64,000 nt of DNA from Raillietiella orientalis (Eukaryota). Below are positions 51,321-63,503 of this stretch, one piece after another. The DNA lies in NCBI GenBank assembly GCA_036172245.1, contig JAYWIR010000001.1, positions 6,944,001 through 7,008,000 of the forward strand, written 5' to 3'. A model generated the notes under the pieces. That model was given only the letters and a program-made list of their open reading frames with translations. It did not search any database and was not told where the DNA came from. The translations under genes and the position numbers were made by a program. Every line of letters begins with the position of its first letter. Within the stretch, counting starts at the first letter, position 1.

Positions 51321-52865
51321 TCGAAAGATTTCCCCCCCTATTCGAAGGCGCTGGGGGACCGAGGTCGAAGCCAGCCTGCCAGCTCCTCGTTTCAGTTTCC
51401 AGCCGAGGGCTTACTGGCACGGTGGCAGGCCGTCTCATTCGCTCGAGGACCATCGGAGGAGCAGGCGGGCACTGCGCCTGCGCAGCAGCATTTCTCGGGT
51501 CCTCTCTGGAAGCTGTGTCTTCCGTCCTCAGCGAGGCAGGGGAGGACGCCCGGGAGAAACGTCGCTCGGTCCAACTCCGCCTCGCCCTGGAATGCTAGAG
51601 GTAAACCCCCCTCCTCCTCCTGGTACTCGAAGAGGGTCGGTCGAGCCTTCCTGCCCCTTGGGGAACTCGCCAGGCACAGACCGGACGCGCGCGTGCTCCT
51701 CTTTCAGGCCGCGGCCGGTTTAGGATGACTACTCGGAAAGAGGGAGGCAGAGCAAAACGGACGTCGCGCATCCCTCTCCCCCTCCCCTTCTCCAGCGACG
51801 CCCGGAACCGTCCCGGAGGTGGCGAGTCTCTGGGCCTTCCGGAACCATGCGGGCCGAACCTGGGACGGGAACGTAGCGGGCGCGGAGGGAGAACTTTCCG
51901 GAAGACTGACGCTTTCCGGGCAGGAAGGGGTGCTCCCTCCATCCGGAATGGGAAAGGAGAGGAGTGGTCGCTCGCTATTTGCCTGTCAGACGGCGGGGAG
52001 GCTGGGGAAGACGCGGCCCCTGCCTGCTCCTTCTGTGATCGAGTGTGAGGGTCCCCGTCGCCATGAGCGACCCGCGACGCCTTTCCAGTACTCAAATGAT
52101 ACTTAATTAGCGCCCTCCCCCGCGCGAGGGGAAGGGAGGCTGCGTCGAACTCGAAAGCACGTAGCACGAAGGGCAGCCCAGGTTGTTTTCCTCGGTCGCC
52201 TGGGGCGACCGGCTCCCCCGAGCAGCACAGTCGAAAAGCTCTCTGTTTACGCCCGGCGCGACCCGCTGTCCGAGCGGAGACCGCTGGGCATCTGCGTCGC
52301 CGTGCGCAACACCCGCCGAAGAAAGCGGACGACCGCTTTCCTCGGCGCCAGCGCACCTCGTCTTGTCACCCCGCTCCGCTCTCCCCTCACCAAATGGAGG
52401 CGACTCCCATCAGCCGGCTTCCTCCCGCCCGCCCACGCGCCGGCGGCCCGTGTCCCCTGAGAACTTTCCTTTCGAGCTCCTTTCCGTCCTCCCGGCCGAG
52501 GGAGGTCGCGAGGGCGGTCGACCGTGCACTCCCTTGAAACGCGGGATGTTCCCCTCCCAGCCTGGAGCCCATGCAACTGACGGCCGGCGAGGTTTGGCCG
52601 CAGGGCATACGACGGTGCTTGCACCGTCCATACCATCACCGATCAGCGCCGTGCTTCGGGAAAGCTACACGCTGATTGCGCCACTGGGCACGAGCTTCAG
52701 GAGTAGCGTGTGTCGACTCGTCCGGGTGGGAGGAAGGCCCTCGGTCCACCAAGGCATCCCCAGTTCTGAAGCGCGCACCCCTACCTGCTTGCCGCAGCCC
52801 TCAAGGCATTCCACGGTCACACTCCTTCCGAGTAGAGAGCAACGTTCAGCGATTTGCAGGGCAAT

Positions 52866-53200
52866 AAATAGATAGATAGGTAAGTATAGGTATGGGCATA
52901 AAAAGATATAACCATGGATACGGGCATGGACTACCTAGAATTGGATTTAGACGTAGACGTAAAGTAGACACATAAACGCAGATGTAGACGTAAATGTCGA
53001 TGTCGATGTCGAAATAGGTGTAGATGTAGATGTAGACGTACGAACATAGCTGTCCATGTAGATGTCGATGTAGGCGTAGGCGTAGATGCAGATATCGTAT
53101 ACTTACAGATAAAGATATACGTATAAATACAGATGTAAGCAGAGACGTGAGTATAGGTACAGATATAGGCATAAGTATACGTACGCATATCGGTGTAGAA
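52866..53200 (+). repeat. Degenerate hexamer repeat (TAGATG/TAGACG)n
   Basis: Six-bp periodicity, e.g. GTAGATGTAGATGTAGACGTA and GATGTCGATGTCGATGTC. A short opposite-strand copy (ACATCT)n lies at ~48215-48262. Confidence 0.8.
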
Positions 53201-53599
53201 ATAGGGGGAGGCATGCAGAGAGTTTATTTCTTCTTTCATTGTTTGGTTTGGATGTTTCACCACCCATCTTCCTGTGGGGAGTTGATGTGAGCCGGAATTT
53301 TCCACCCTAAGTGGAAACGGGCTGCGTGCTCTGGGAGGGATGCGGTGACTGGTCTGCTGTGCGCGACCTCTCGGCGGTGTGGGCCATGGGCTGGGAGACT
53401 CCTTGGACGGAGCACCCTGTCCCCCAGTCATGTGGCTTCTCTCCACTCCCATATCGTCGGCGCGGGCAAGAATCTGGCAGAGGGATTGAGTGAGATCTCG
53501 GGCCGCTGCCATCTCCCGAGCGTCGAAGGAAGGACGAGGAGGGGGAAGAGGGGGGTCGATGTATTTCCTCAGGAACGCGGACTCGCGTCTCGCAAAAAT

Positions 53600-54230
53600 G
53601 CGTGCCTCCCCCGTTTCCTCCCTTATTCCCGAGGCGGAAATTGCCTCCTCCTTCCAGAGACGGCTTCCTACCTCGAAATCTCGGAGGGAACGCAGAGCGC
53701 TACATGCTGCGCCGCCATTGGATCCCAGAGTGATCTGGTGGCAGCCCGGGTGACTTTTTGGAGATTCGTGTCACGTGACCTTCGTCGACACTGCACGCAG
53801 GGTGACACGTAAGTACTGCTGGCGAGGTTTCAAGTGCCGAGACGGTGCGCGTGCTTAGATCGGGTGGTCCAGTTCCCGCAGCTTCGGGATTTCGTTTCCT
53901 TCTCCCGCTCTGCAGGTTCCTTGCTTTCGGCGCAACCTAGTTCACTCACAGAGGGTCCGCTTTCGGATCTGATGAATCTCCGCGCGTTCCCCCGTGCGCT
54001 GTTCCCAAACGGGACGCGTTCGAACTTGGGGGAACGGTGGGAAACGCCCACCGCGGGGTAAAGACTGATGGTATCGGCGACTTCTTCGTCCGAAACTCTA
54101 CCAGCACGAGAAGGACAAGTCGGGCTCAACCCGGCAGCAAAGAGCAGGTCGGTTGTGCGTGACGTCGATCCGCTGTCTACGCGGACCGTGAAACCGGATG
54201 GCAGCTCTGGTGAAACACGAACGCTAGTAT
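53600..54230 (-). mobile_element. Decayed RTE-like LINE fragment (RT motifs 5-7 and downstream)
   Basis: TDLLFAAGL (DLLFADD), AVGVSHRSPKFE (GLxIxxxKTE), SELGC (YLGS), then CHQITLG/IQWR (CLRxILGIxW). Confidence 0.4.
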
Positions 54231-56469
54231 CCGGAGGAAGAGTGTGACCGATGCCCAAGGGGCGAAACTGCATAGATTTGGGACTGATGGTTCCTTACCA
54301 TTTTAGGGCGTGCTCGCGGACTCGCGGCTACTGAGCGCCTTGCACTGCTGCAGATTTTATGGTACTTCGTAATAGGGAATCAGATCGGAAGCTCTGGCCT
54401 CAGTGGTCACGTGAACCGATAGCGAAGCGATAAATTCTCAAATAGGGAACCAATCTTTTCTTTCCTTGCTTGCTTTCAAGCATCTTCCGCCTTCCAGTAT
54501 TGAAAATGCTCGTCATGTTGAAATACGGTTGGCTATTAATTTAGAAGATGCCGAGGACCCTCTTTTTGGGCTTGCCATTTCCCATAGGTGCTGCCAACCA
54601 GGAGCCCCTCAGGAAACTCTGTCTCTCAGATAACTGGAAAGCCATGCGTGTTTTTGAAATCTTTCAAACGACCGTTTGTGCTTCTTCATGAATTCTCTTG
54701 TGTTTTCCAACAGTGTATTTTCCTTTAGTGCTTGAGATTCCTTGCAAATAAATGCAAAAATGACCGTTAGAAAATTCTGAGTGCGCCGTAAGTAAGGATT
54801 AGGATGACCGTTAGCTGTACCTTTCCGTAATGCACGATTTTTTTTCCACGCGAGCAAAGCGTTGAGTTACCCTGACTTGAAGTGACGTCATAATTACGAC
54901 CGGAATCCTAATCATGGAGGATGATATTGTTTGCATTCCACGAACGGAGACGTGATAAAACTCAAACGAGAGCTGCTCTGCAAACCGGAAAAAAAAAGTG
55001 GAAAATTTTGTTTTTATCCTTGCATTGCGACCTTTTCCAATCTGTCTGTTCTAAATAAAATACGCTAAAAGTTTGGTTATTGTGATTATGTTCATCATAG
55101 CATCGTATTCTTTATGCACCGCGGAGCATTGTGTCACGTTTGTGTTTATTCTACATTTCCAGAATATTGTACGGTGTCTGCAAGATTCCGGAAATGGTTT
55201 CCATGTGCGAATCTTTCCATGTCTGTAATTTTCACTTCGGTTCCGTACTCTTGGATTTTACTCGGCCTCGTGTAGGAACTTCAGAGAGACTAGTCTTTTT
55301 ATTGTGGTAATGCGCAGTGCTTTTTTTTATCACAATGTTTCCAGAGACAATCCCATATGGCATTTATAAAAAAATGTAAATCAGATCCCACATCTTCAAA
55401 GAACGAGAACACCAGGAGAACTCCTGCGTGGAATTCCCATGCTGAAGACGCGAACGCTTTCGATCTCTCGGCAAAACAAGCCAATTCAACATTTCTTGTA
55501 TTTACAATAAGAATTTCACAGACGCGATTGCATTGATCACGTTACTAAAGGATGATGAGTAATCCCGATGCGGCTTCTTTCCCGGAAGGAGTGAGAATTC
55601 TTTTTTTTTTTTTGGCTACCCTGTCTTGCAGCAACATCTCATAAGCAGCTGCAGAAATTCGTCATGGGGAAGCAGTCGGTCGCTGGATAAAATGTTCCTT
55701 GAAGCGCCAAGGTGTGACTTTTAGGAAATTAAAAACTTAAACTGTCGCGGAGAATCAGGAAGATTGCATTCTTCTAGCTCTTCTAAAAGATGCTTTCTGC
55801 GTAGGAGTACAAACCAGAGGTACAAAGGCGGCTGGGAGGAATTGGAACAGGGTTCTTGAGCCGAAAGGAGGAAATTAGTAAAGAAGCGCAAATAAGCTGT
55901 GTAATTTCGTAAGGATCACCTCGGGTTCTCACAGGTCATCCTGGTCATATGTTCCCTCTCTCCTTCGACTTTGTGTCCCCTTGCAGAACAGAATTCGGAA
56001 AACAAACTTGAGAGTGCAGCAGCTCTTTGAATGAAGAGGGAAAGTCACCATTCAAGACTGACAGGGCGGCGGCTGCCATGATGGGGACAAACGGATGCGG
56101 AAGCATGCGCGTAAAGCATATTTGGCTGATATATCGGGATCACATATGCATGACGAGCGTCAGCCGATTCGGCATGCATCCCCAGCTTGAAAAAGGTCTT
56201 CCCACTCACGTTTCAAGGGTTTGTTATCTCAACCAGAGTGGGAAGGCAGGTTCTTCGATATGGGAGGAGATCTGATTTTTTACACGCCCGACAAGCTGTT
56301 CGCGGACACAGAGGAAGAGCCCCCCACACGACCGTGCTCGACAAAATCAACACTCGGAAAGGTTAAAAGCAAAGAGTCATGAGTGTCCATCGACTGCCCC
56401 TCATCAGTTTGCAACGTGTGTTGAATTGCAGAGGCCACCTAGCAGCGTTCGCAGCTTCGGCCCATTCCT

Positions 56470-56960
56470 TTGTTTCAAGATCAAAGTGTAGTATCTGTTC
56501 CTGTGTTGGCGATGTTTATCTACATGCATCGACCTCATGCACCAGAGGTCGGTACTGAGCATGTGGATGCGGGAATTCCAACTCGCTGCGCGTGGGGGTG
56601 TATGACCGGTCTTCCACGCGGTGACTTCGGCGTCCTCCCTGCAACAGCAGAGTCGTACGATAATCTTGCAGACTAAAGGGTGCTTAAGATGCCAACCCTA
56701 CTAGGAATAAGCGGCTCGCAAGAAAGCAGCCACCATCCCATTGATAGATAGCAGCTCCCGATCCGGAATCTTCTGCAATGGGAACTCATCGCGTCGATGG
56801 AAGATTGGCGGCAGACCTGTGGAGGCTGACAAGCCAGTCAGAAAATGCATCGCTTCTGAACTCAATCTAGTTAAACAAGCACGGAGATGCTGAAACCTTC
56901 GATGAGGGAAACACGGCGTCGTCCAGGAAGACTGGGGAAGAAAAGATAAATAAATGAAGT
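56470..56960 (+). mobile_element. Possible decayed RTE-like LINE 3' fragment
   Basis: FKIKV*, VLAMFIY, TRC, QLPIRNLLQWEL and KIGGRP occur in RTE order across frameshifts. Weak. Confidence 0.25.
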
Positions 56961-57118
56961 CACAGCCAAGGGATCCAATCGCTGAAGGAGGATTTCAAGT
57001 GATCTCGAAGCAAAGAAAGGAGAACTTGAACTGGACATAGATTGGTGTAGATGGATAGGCAGGTTATAGATGATGGATCGGCAAGCTTCGCGCCATGCGA
57101 GCTACGCAGAAACACTCC

Positions 57119-57490
57119 TTACAAGATCAGGCGAGATGACCAAGTGGACGCTACGGCTAATGGCAAGAAGTCAAACGGCCCAATGATCGGGGGAACGGAG
57201 CTCCGATGACGCTGGAAATTTTCGGAACCGTACGGCAGCACGGATCTGGATGCGTCTGGTCTGGAAGCAACCGCGCTGCCAGAGAAGACGAGACGGCGGG
57301 AAAAAAAGCCTTTGTGAATCTCGTCAGCATCAGATCTTCGCATCTGATATACATTCAAGCTCCAGAATGGTGCGGTTCTCTTAGAAAGACACGCCAGCTG
57401 CGTTTGTGAGGGAGAAGCACATTTTGACCCGGGGTGTCGATCTCCAACAGATGACTCCAAAATGTGAAAGCGTATAGAACTGGAATGGCC
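57119..57490 (-). mobile_element. Decayed RTE-like LINE fragment
   Basis: One frame gives FHILESSV (FxYLGSxI), APFWSL (AFxxL), RSVLPYGSENF (SVLLYGSETW) and IGPFDFLPL (LxxFExxCL). Confidence 0.55.
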
Positions 57491-58136
57491 CTTCCTGATG
57501 CAGCTCACAGTCACCTACCTCATCTAAATAGGGGATACAAAAATTCTGTAGGCAAACCGTCCTGAGACCAGTTTTTGAAATTTGCTCTGTGCATTCTACA
57601 GCTACAAGTGAAATGCTGCCAATTGACTGTTCCGTGCGTGTGTGTGTGTGTGTGTAACGTAGGATTCAGTACAAGAGTAATCTGGTAACAGTATCTCTTC
57701 AGGCACCAAACCATCTTTTTGGTCAAAGATGGTTTGATGCTATCAAACCATCGTTTGCAGAAATATGCGGACGTCACGGCTATATTCACTCGAGTCGTTG
57801 TTTCCATTGCACTACTCTCGAATTCTTTCCTTTTCTTCTTTTTCACTTTTCCGGACTTCTAATAATCAAAAAAAAAAAAAACAGCTTCGCAATATAGACC
57901 TAACGGATGTGCCACTTACCAACCATCAGACCTACTTTCCGTCATTCCAAATTTAGTACGCGCCTACTCCAGTACTGTCCAAGCTCGGAAATCGAATTGA
58001 ATTACATTGAATTAAATGTAATTTCGGTGAGCTCTCAGATGAATCAGGGAATTTTCCCGGCTGAAGGTGTCGCCATGACACACGAAAGTAACAAAAGCGC
58101 GACGGCGGACGACGCAGCAGCGACCGCGGATGTAGG

Positions 58137-58406
58137 CTAAACGCAAAGCCGGCGCGAGCGATAAGGAACGCGTCGGAAATGACGGTAAGGGAACGAGCAT
58201 GTTTCCCCTAAGTAAATAGAGATGGCAGAGTGTTTTAAGAGTTCCCTCACGGATTCACCTACGGCGGCGGTGAGCTGGCTTCTCCATCCGTGTGCAGTTG
58301 GATCTCCTCCCTCCAAGTTTAATCCAAAATTAATGAAATCCGGCTTGCAGGAACTCCGGTCCAGCAGCACACCACTCCGTCGCCGGCTTTCCGCGGGTAA
58401 GAACAT
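58137..58406 (-). mobile_element. Decayed RTE-like LINE fragment (RT motifs 6-7)
   Basis: LLDRSSCKPDFINFGLNL ... SIYLGET matches LLDR...FGLxIN...YLGS with plausible spacing. Confidence 0.45.
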
Positions 58407-61400
58407 AAGAGGATATCTGTCAATGGCGGTCTCGTGATGCAGAATTTACAGCATAGGAACACGTACAACCTACTTTGTGGAAGAAACGCGCGCGCGTTAC
58501 ACCCGTTAGTGTTTTAGTGCGTGTTAGATCGTAAGGCATTCCCATCCTTGGATGATTCTTTTGCGAGCAGTCGTTGCCAGGTCCAGCTGGGGTGCAAATG
58601 CAGTCTGGTGCTTACAGAAGGCAGGAAAACGGATCAAAAGACACGATCATCGTCATCCGAGTAGCTTTCCAAGAAACCCCAGGATATCATTCGTCCACGG
58701 ATCATGAGACTCTCTGAGCTGTGTGCAAGCGCGTTGATGTAGCAGCGCCAGTTGCCATGGATGCTAGAAGAGTCAGCAGACTGTCTGAAATGACGGGGCG
58801 CATGACAAGACATTTCCTCTTTGGTTATGCCCGCTTTGCCGCGACCTAGGAACCCGCAGCGGCAACTCTAGAGAGGTTCTGAACCCTTCCTCGTTCGAGA
58901 CACCCTCCAGCCCACAGCCTCGCTAGCAGCCCACGTGGGATCGCTGTAAGAGGAAGCACAGCGACAGGGGTGCCGCCTCCACCTTGCCGTCCGCTTCATT
59001 AGGATGGCAACAAGATGGCCCCACCTGAAGGGTTTCTGCATACAGAAAGAGTTTGCCGACATCCTCGAAAGGATGCGGAAGACCTCCCCCAGCAGAATGT
59101 GATGCCTTCCCTCAGCCCACCTCCCCTCCCCCAAAGTATTTATTTTTATTTTTGTTTCCTTTTTTTCTCCCCCTCCTCTCCCCTCCCTTCTGCAACCTTG
59201 GTGGTCCTCACCGGTAACCCAGCAGACTCCCGTTCAAACGGACGTGGTTGGACAACCGCTCCAACACAATCTTTGTGAATGTTTATTTTTACATTCAATA
59301 AACGTCCAGGCGCACCCAGATGACCACTCTTTGCTTATCCCAGGGAAATTCTGGGACCCCTTCGAAATCCCCTCCATGCCATTCCGTCGGGATGACCCGT
59401 GAGACTACCGGAGGTCTCACGAGTCGAAGATAGTGAGCCATTCCTGGACGGAACGAAGGCAGAGAAGAACGTGGCTGGAGGGCGCTTGGAGATCCCCAAT
59501 TGGTCGCGGAAGGAAGGGAGGTCGAGCGGAGCCGCCTAGCGAGCGAGCGGCCCAGAAGAGACCCCGCCGCCCCGCGAAACGATCTCGCCGGCTGGACACG
59601 TCGGTTCAGTTTCCGCGGCAGCGGAACGCTGGCGACCGCAGAGGCCGCCGGAAATCCCCAGGAGAGTGCATAGCGCGGCTCCCGCCCGCCCGCCCGCCGG
59701 AGCACGAGCGGCTCCGGAGGTGGGCAGCGACAGTGGCTCGAGAGCCGAGCGTCCGTCTCCAGCCTCCGAGGCGGAACCACGCCCGCCTTACGGCGTCGCA
59801 GGGCGGGAATGGAGGAATGAGGCGTCTTCTCCCACTGCGGGATCGTCAAGCCGGAAGGCGTTCCGTGTTCCGGAGGAAAAGTCCGTCCTCGCGCTCTCAG
59901 GGCGGTGCGACGGAGGGTCAGGCGAGGGGAAAACCATTGCGCCCTCGGAACCCTTCCCATTAAAGAGGACGGGAAGCTGCGATCCACGTGACGGATTGAG
60001 TGACTCGAACCCGCATTCTCCCGTCCACATCCCCCAGCCCCGCTCGCCACGTCTCGAAGGAGGTTCTTTTTCGGTGCCGAGAGTTCCCTGCATCAAGGAA
60101 TGGGCGGCGGTTCGCTCGGTGCATCCTCAGTGGGCGCGTCCGCCTTTCTCATGCCTGCCCAGCGCATGCGCTGGTAATCTCCAGGGATCGCCGCCAGCAC
60201 GCGCCACGCCGTCTAAGAACGCATCCAGGATAGAACATATCGCCCCTTGCTGAAGAGGTGTGGTTCGCGCGACCTCCTCTTCGGGATTCGAGATCAGGCG
60301 CCCTTGAGACATTGCATCGGATTCCCGAATAGAACAAGAACTCGCAGCTGAGGCCGGAAAACATTCAGCAGGATGTGTCCTTGAACTCCTACTCTCCCCC
60401 TAAGCTTGCCTGCAGACCGTTTGTAGATGGCAGCACTCTTTTGCACAAATGCCACTTTTCATTTGGGACGAGGACTCGGCTGCGATCACTCCTCTTGCAG
60501 GATCCTTCCGAGTCCAGTCGATGGTGCTTCCGGAGGAAGCGAGTTCACCTAAAACGCTCCTCTAAAGAGGAATAAAAACACTCAAAACCCCAGGAAGGGG
60601 AACAGCGGTGCTAGTCTGACCCAATCTTCCCGCGAGCCCGAAGCAAATGAAGGCGGGTGGTCGTTTTAGAAGTCGGTGCGCTTCCCTGGGCAGGAACATG
60701 CCCGTCCAGAAGAGACGCCTATTCCTCGGTGCTCCCCACTCTTTCCTCGCACATTCCTCCCTACCTTTTTCCGAAGTCGAACTGTCCCGCCGCCGGAGAT
60801 TTGTCTCGAACGGGTGCGTCGTCATTTCCAGCTTGTCTGCCAGGGTCCAGCGGCTGCTCTGTGCATTCAGGAAGGATCCGTGAGGCCCACCCACTCCTCT
60901 GTGCACGCGACCTACCCGGACCCCTCGAAGCGAAAGGTGAATCGGGCAAGGACAACAAGTGCCCAGAAAGAAAATTTCAAACATGGACGGGTGGACCAAA
61001 CGGTAGATGCGACCGTCGATGAGGATGGGCGATTGGGACAGCTTGTGGTCAGTTGGTTCTGTCCGATCGATTCCGTCGTCACGTACGTCTATGCGCCGAC
61101 GAGGTCCGTCTGCGACTGACCACTTCGGCGTCCTTCAGATCCAGTGGCTCGGAATGTCTCGAGGGAGCTGCTGCTGCCGCAGTGGGTCCAGAAACCGAAA
61201 CAGGATCGATTGCTGAAAAGAAAGCGATATGAAGAGAATTCTCGAATCCAGTAGGGTGGCCCCAAAAGAGGGTGCAGGAGATTTCTGACAGACTGCCGGT
61301 GTGCTGTGTATGCCGCCCCCTGACCTTCGACAGGGGAAGGAGGGTGCCACAGAAAAATGCTATCCGGGCCTTCAAGCTGAAGCACCAGATTCACTCGGAG

Positions 61401-61518
61401 GAGCAAAGAGCTTTGGGGATTCCCTTCCCCTCCCTCGCATCCCCACGGTTCCGCGTGTTCTCATCTTTTCTGCTGTCTCTTCCCAGGAATCAGCATCCGA
61501 ACGCACCGAGTGACCCAC

Positions 61519-63503
61519 GTCGGAGGCCACATGACTGCGGTCTCCGCGCGCAGCACCAGGAGTCGCCGGTTCGAATACTCGGCAAGAATCGACGCCAAGA
61601 GATTTGGGGGGCGTCGTGGATGTATGGGGTACAGGTGGGTTGAGCTACGGGTTCCACCCACGAGATGACGCTGGTTCATTCGGCTGAGGCACCGGTAGCG
61701 GTTCAAACTGGATGCTTCCAGTGAGTGGTCGGAATTGGGAGTCGACCCTCCGGGGTCCTTCCAGGAATCAAGTAGTGGGAGTCTTCTTCGGGGTTCCCCT
61801 CCGCTTGTGCAAAGGAGAGGACCCCTTACTTCGAGAGGGGGGGGATCACCGTCTCGCATCATGGAGCTGTTGGATTGATGGTGCCTCTCCGGAGTGCAAA
61901 GAAGCGTGCTGCTCCCTTCGGGGAGCGGCCTTCTGAGAAAAATTCGGAAGCGTTCTTTCGGGGTTCTCTTCGGAGGAGTAACAAGGAGCGGTTCCGTTTC
62001 GGGTTCCCTTTGGACAAGAAAAAATGAAGAGGACCCCTTCGGGGGTCCCTCCGGAGGGAATGAAGAAGGAGGTTATCTTCGAGGTTACCTTCGGAGACAA
62101 CCAGGGTGGAGATTCCCTTCGGGGCTCCCTCTCCAGTGTGAGAGGAACGGACTCCGTCCTCCGGAGCCCTTCCTGGATTCAACAGTCTCCCTGGATACCC
62201 CTTCACATAGAAGGCGATCCTGCGAAGACAGTGGGAACTGCGAGAGACGCAGCTTGCGGTAGTGCGGCACCACGCACGAAGAGGAGTCTGAAGAAGTTCC
62301 TGGGACCACCCGCCGGGAATCCTAGGATTGTCACGAGGCAATCCCAAAGATGTCGGAGGGCAGCATGGTCCAACAGCAAGTGCGGGAGGGTCTCCTTCTC
62401 CCTGTTCCACTTAACACCCTTCTCCTCCCAATATCTTGCGGTGAAGGCGCGCTTTGCATGGGATTCCCCAGTGCAACATCAACGCCGACTCCCGCTATTT
62501 GATGGAGGAAAGGGGGAGCGCCTCTGTTCCAGCACGCTGGGGGGCACTTCTCCTCCTTTGGAGAAACGTCGAGCAGCTCTCCCCAGCTTAAGGTGGGACA
62601 ATCGGTGTCTCAGAGTCCTTCACTTCCCAGGTTGTCCACGTCCTCAGGAGTTACTTCTTTGCTGCTAAGCAGCAAGTCACTTTCCATCTTGCCGAGATTA
62701 TGCTAACCCTCGTAGTTGTCCCTCAGGGAAGGCAGCACTGGGGCAAGGGGAAGGCGATGGAAATCCTTCGAGGCTCCTTCAAGGTTCCTTCCATCTTTCT
62801 TTTTTTTTTTCCTTTTTTCGTCACCCGAGAGTGTGGCGTGTCAACTCTTCAAGTTAGTTTTCCGAGGGGGGACACCCAATGAATCAAAGAAGGATTCCGG
62901 AGGAGGAAGGAGTCCGCTCCTCTTACGCAAGGGACGAAAATCCCGAAATGAATCCCTTCCTTATTCCCTCTGGAGGGACTCCCCGGAGGAAAAAGCTCCA
63001 TTATTTCTTCTCCGTATAGACCCCCCCGAAAGAATCCGCTCATCGTTTCTGCTCCTCTGAAGAGAACTCCGAAGGGACGCCTCCAAATTTCTCTGAAGAG
63101 TCGCTCCCGAAGGGAGCGGCGCGCTCCTTCACACTCCGGAGAGGTGCCAATCAACCAGCTCCGTGGTGCAAGATGGAGGGTCCCCCTCCAGACGAGGGAG
63201 GACGGCTCCATTTGCGTAACCGGAGGGGAGCCTCGAAGGGAGCCGACTCCTCGATTCCTGGAAGACCCTTCCCTTCAGCCTCCAAATCCCGGCCAGTCAG
63301 CGGGAGCAGAACCCGGTTTCCGGCTTCCGTCGGTGCCGCCGCACCCGAAGTCTACAGACCGACCAGAAACACCCTGCGGGAGAAAGGGAGAGCTCTCGAA
63401 CTTAACGACGCATCCCCATTTCTCTAGCGTCGATCCTTCCTCCCCCCGGCGGGAACCCGCGACGCCCAGCGCCGCGAGACACGCGGCCAGAAGCGGCCTC
63501 CGC
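61519..63503. repeat. Long diverged inverted repeat (arms ~61519-62210 and ~62865-63503) with internal subrepeats and tRNA-like outer ends
   Basis: Collinear matches between the left arm and the reverse complement of the right arm: AAGAATCGACGCCAAGAGA / AAGGATCGACGCTAGAGA, CTTCCAGGAATC, CCTCTCCGGAGTG, GCTCCCTTCGGG, GTCCCTCC(G/A)GAGGGAAT, GAGGA(A/G)CGGACTCC. Confidence 0.85.

Noticed and set aside
58818-58828. TCTTTGGTTAT, identical to the 5' end of miR-9
   Set aside because: The match stops after 11 nt and there is no precursor hairpin.
60002-60050. B-box-like GGTTCGAGTC on the minus strand (a similar one at ~12821-12830) as tRNA genes
   Set aside because: No cloverleaf or acceptor stem; at most degenerate SINE heads.
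61010-61290. LINE endonuclease-like DGRL..YVYAPT and a later GDF
   Set aside because: The motif spacing is about twice that expected and there is no other support. It may be a relic but cannot be called.
61750-62210. Roughly 40-bp periodic palindromic motif as a CRISPR-like array
   Set aside because: The context is eukaryotic, the units are degenerate with no constant repeat or unique-spacer pattern, and there are no cas genes.
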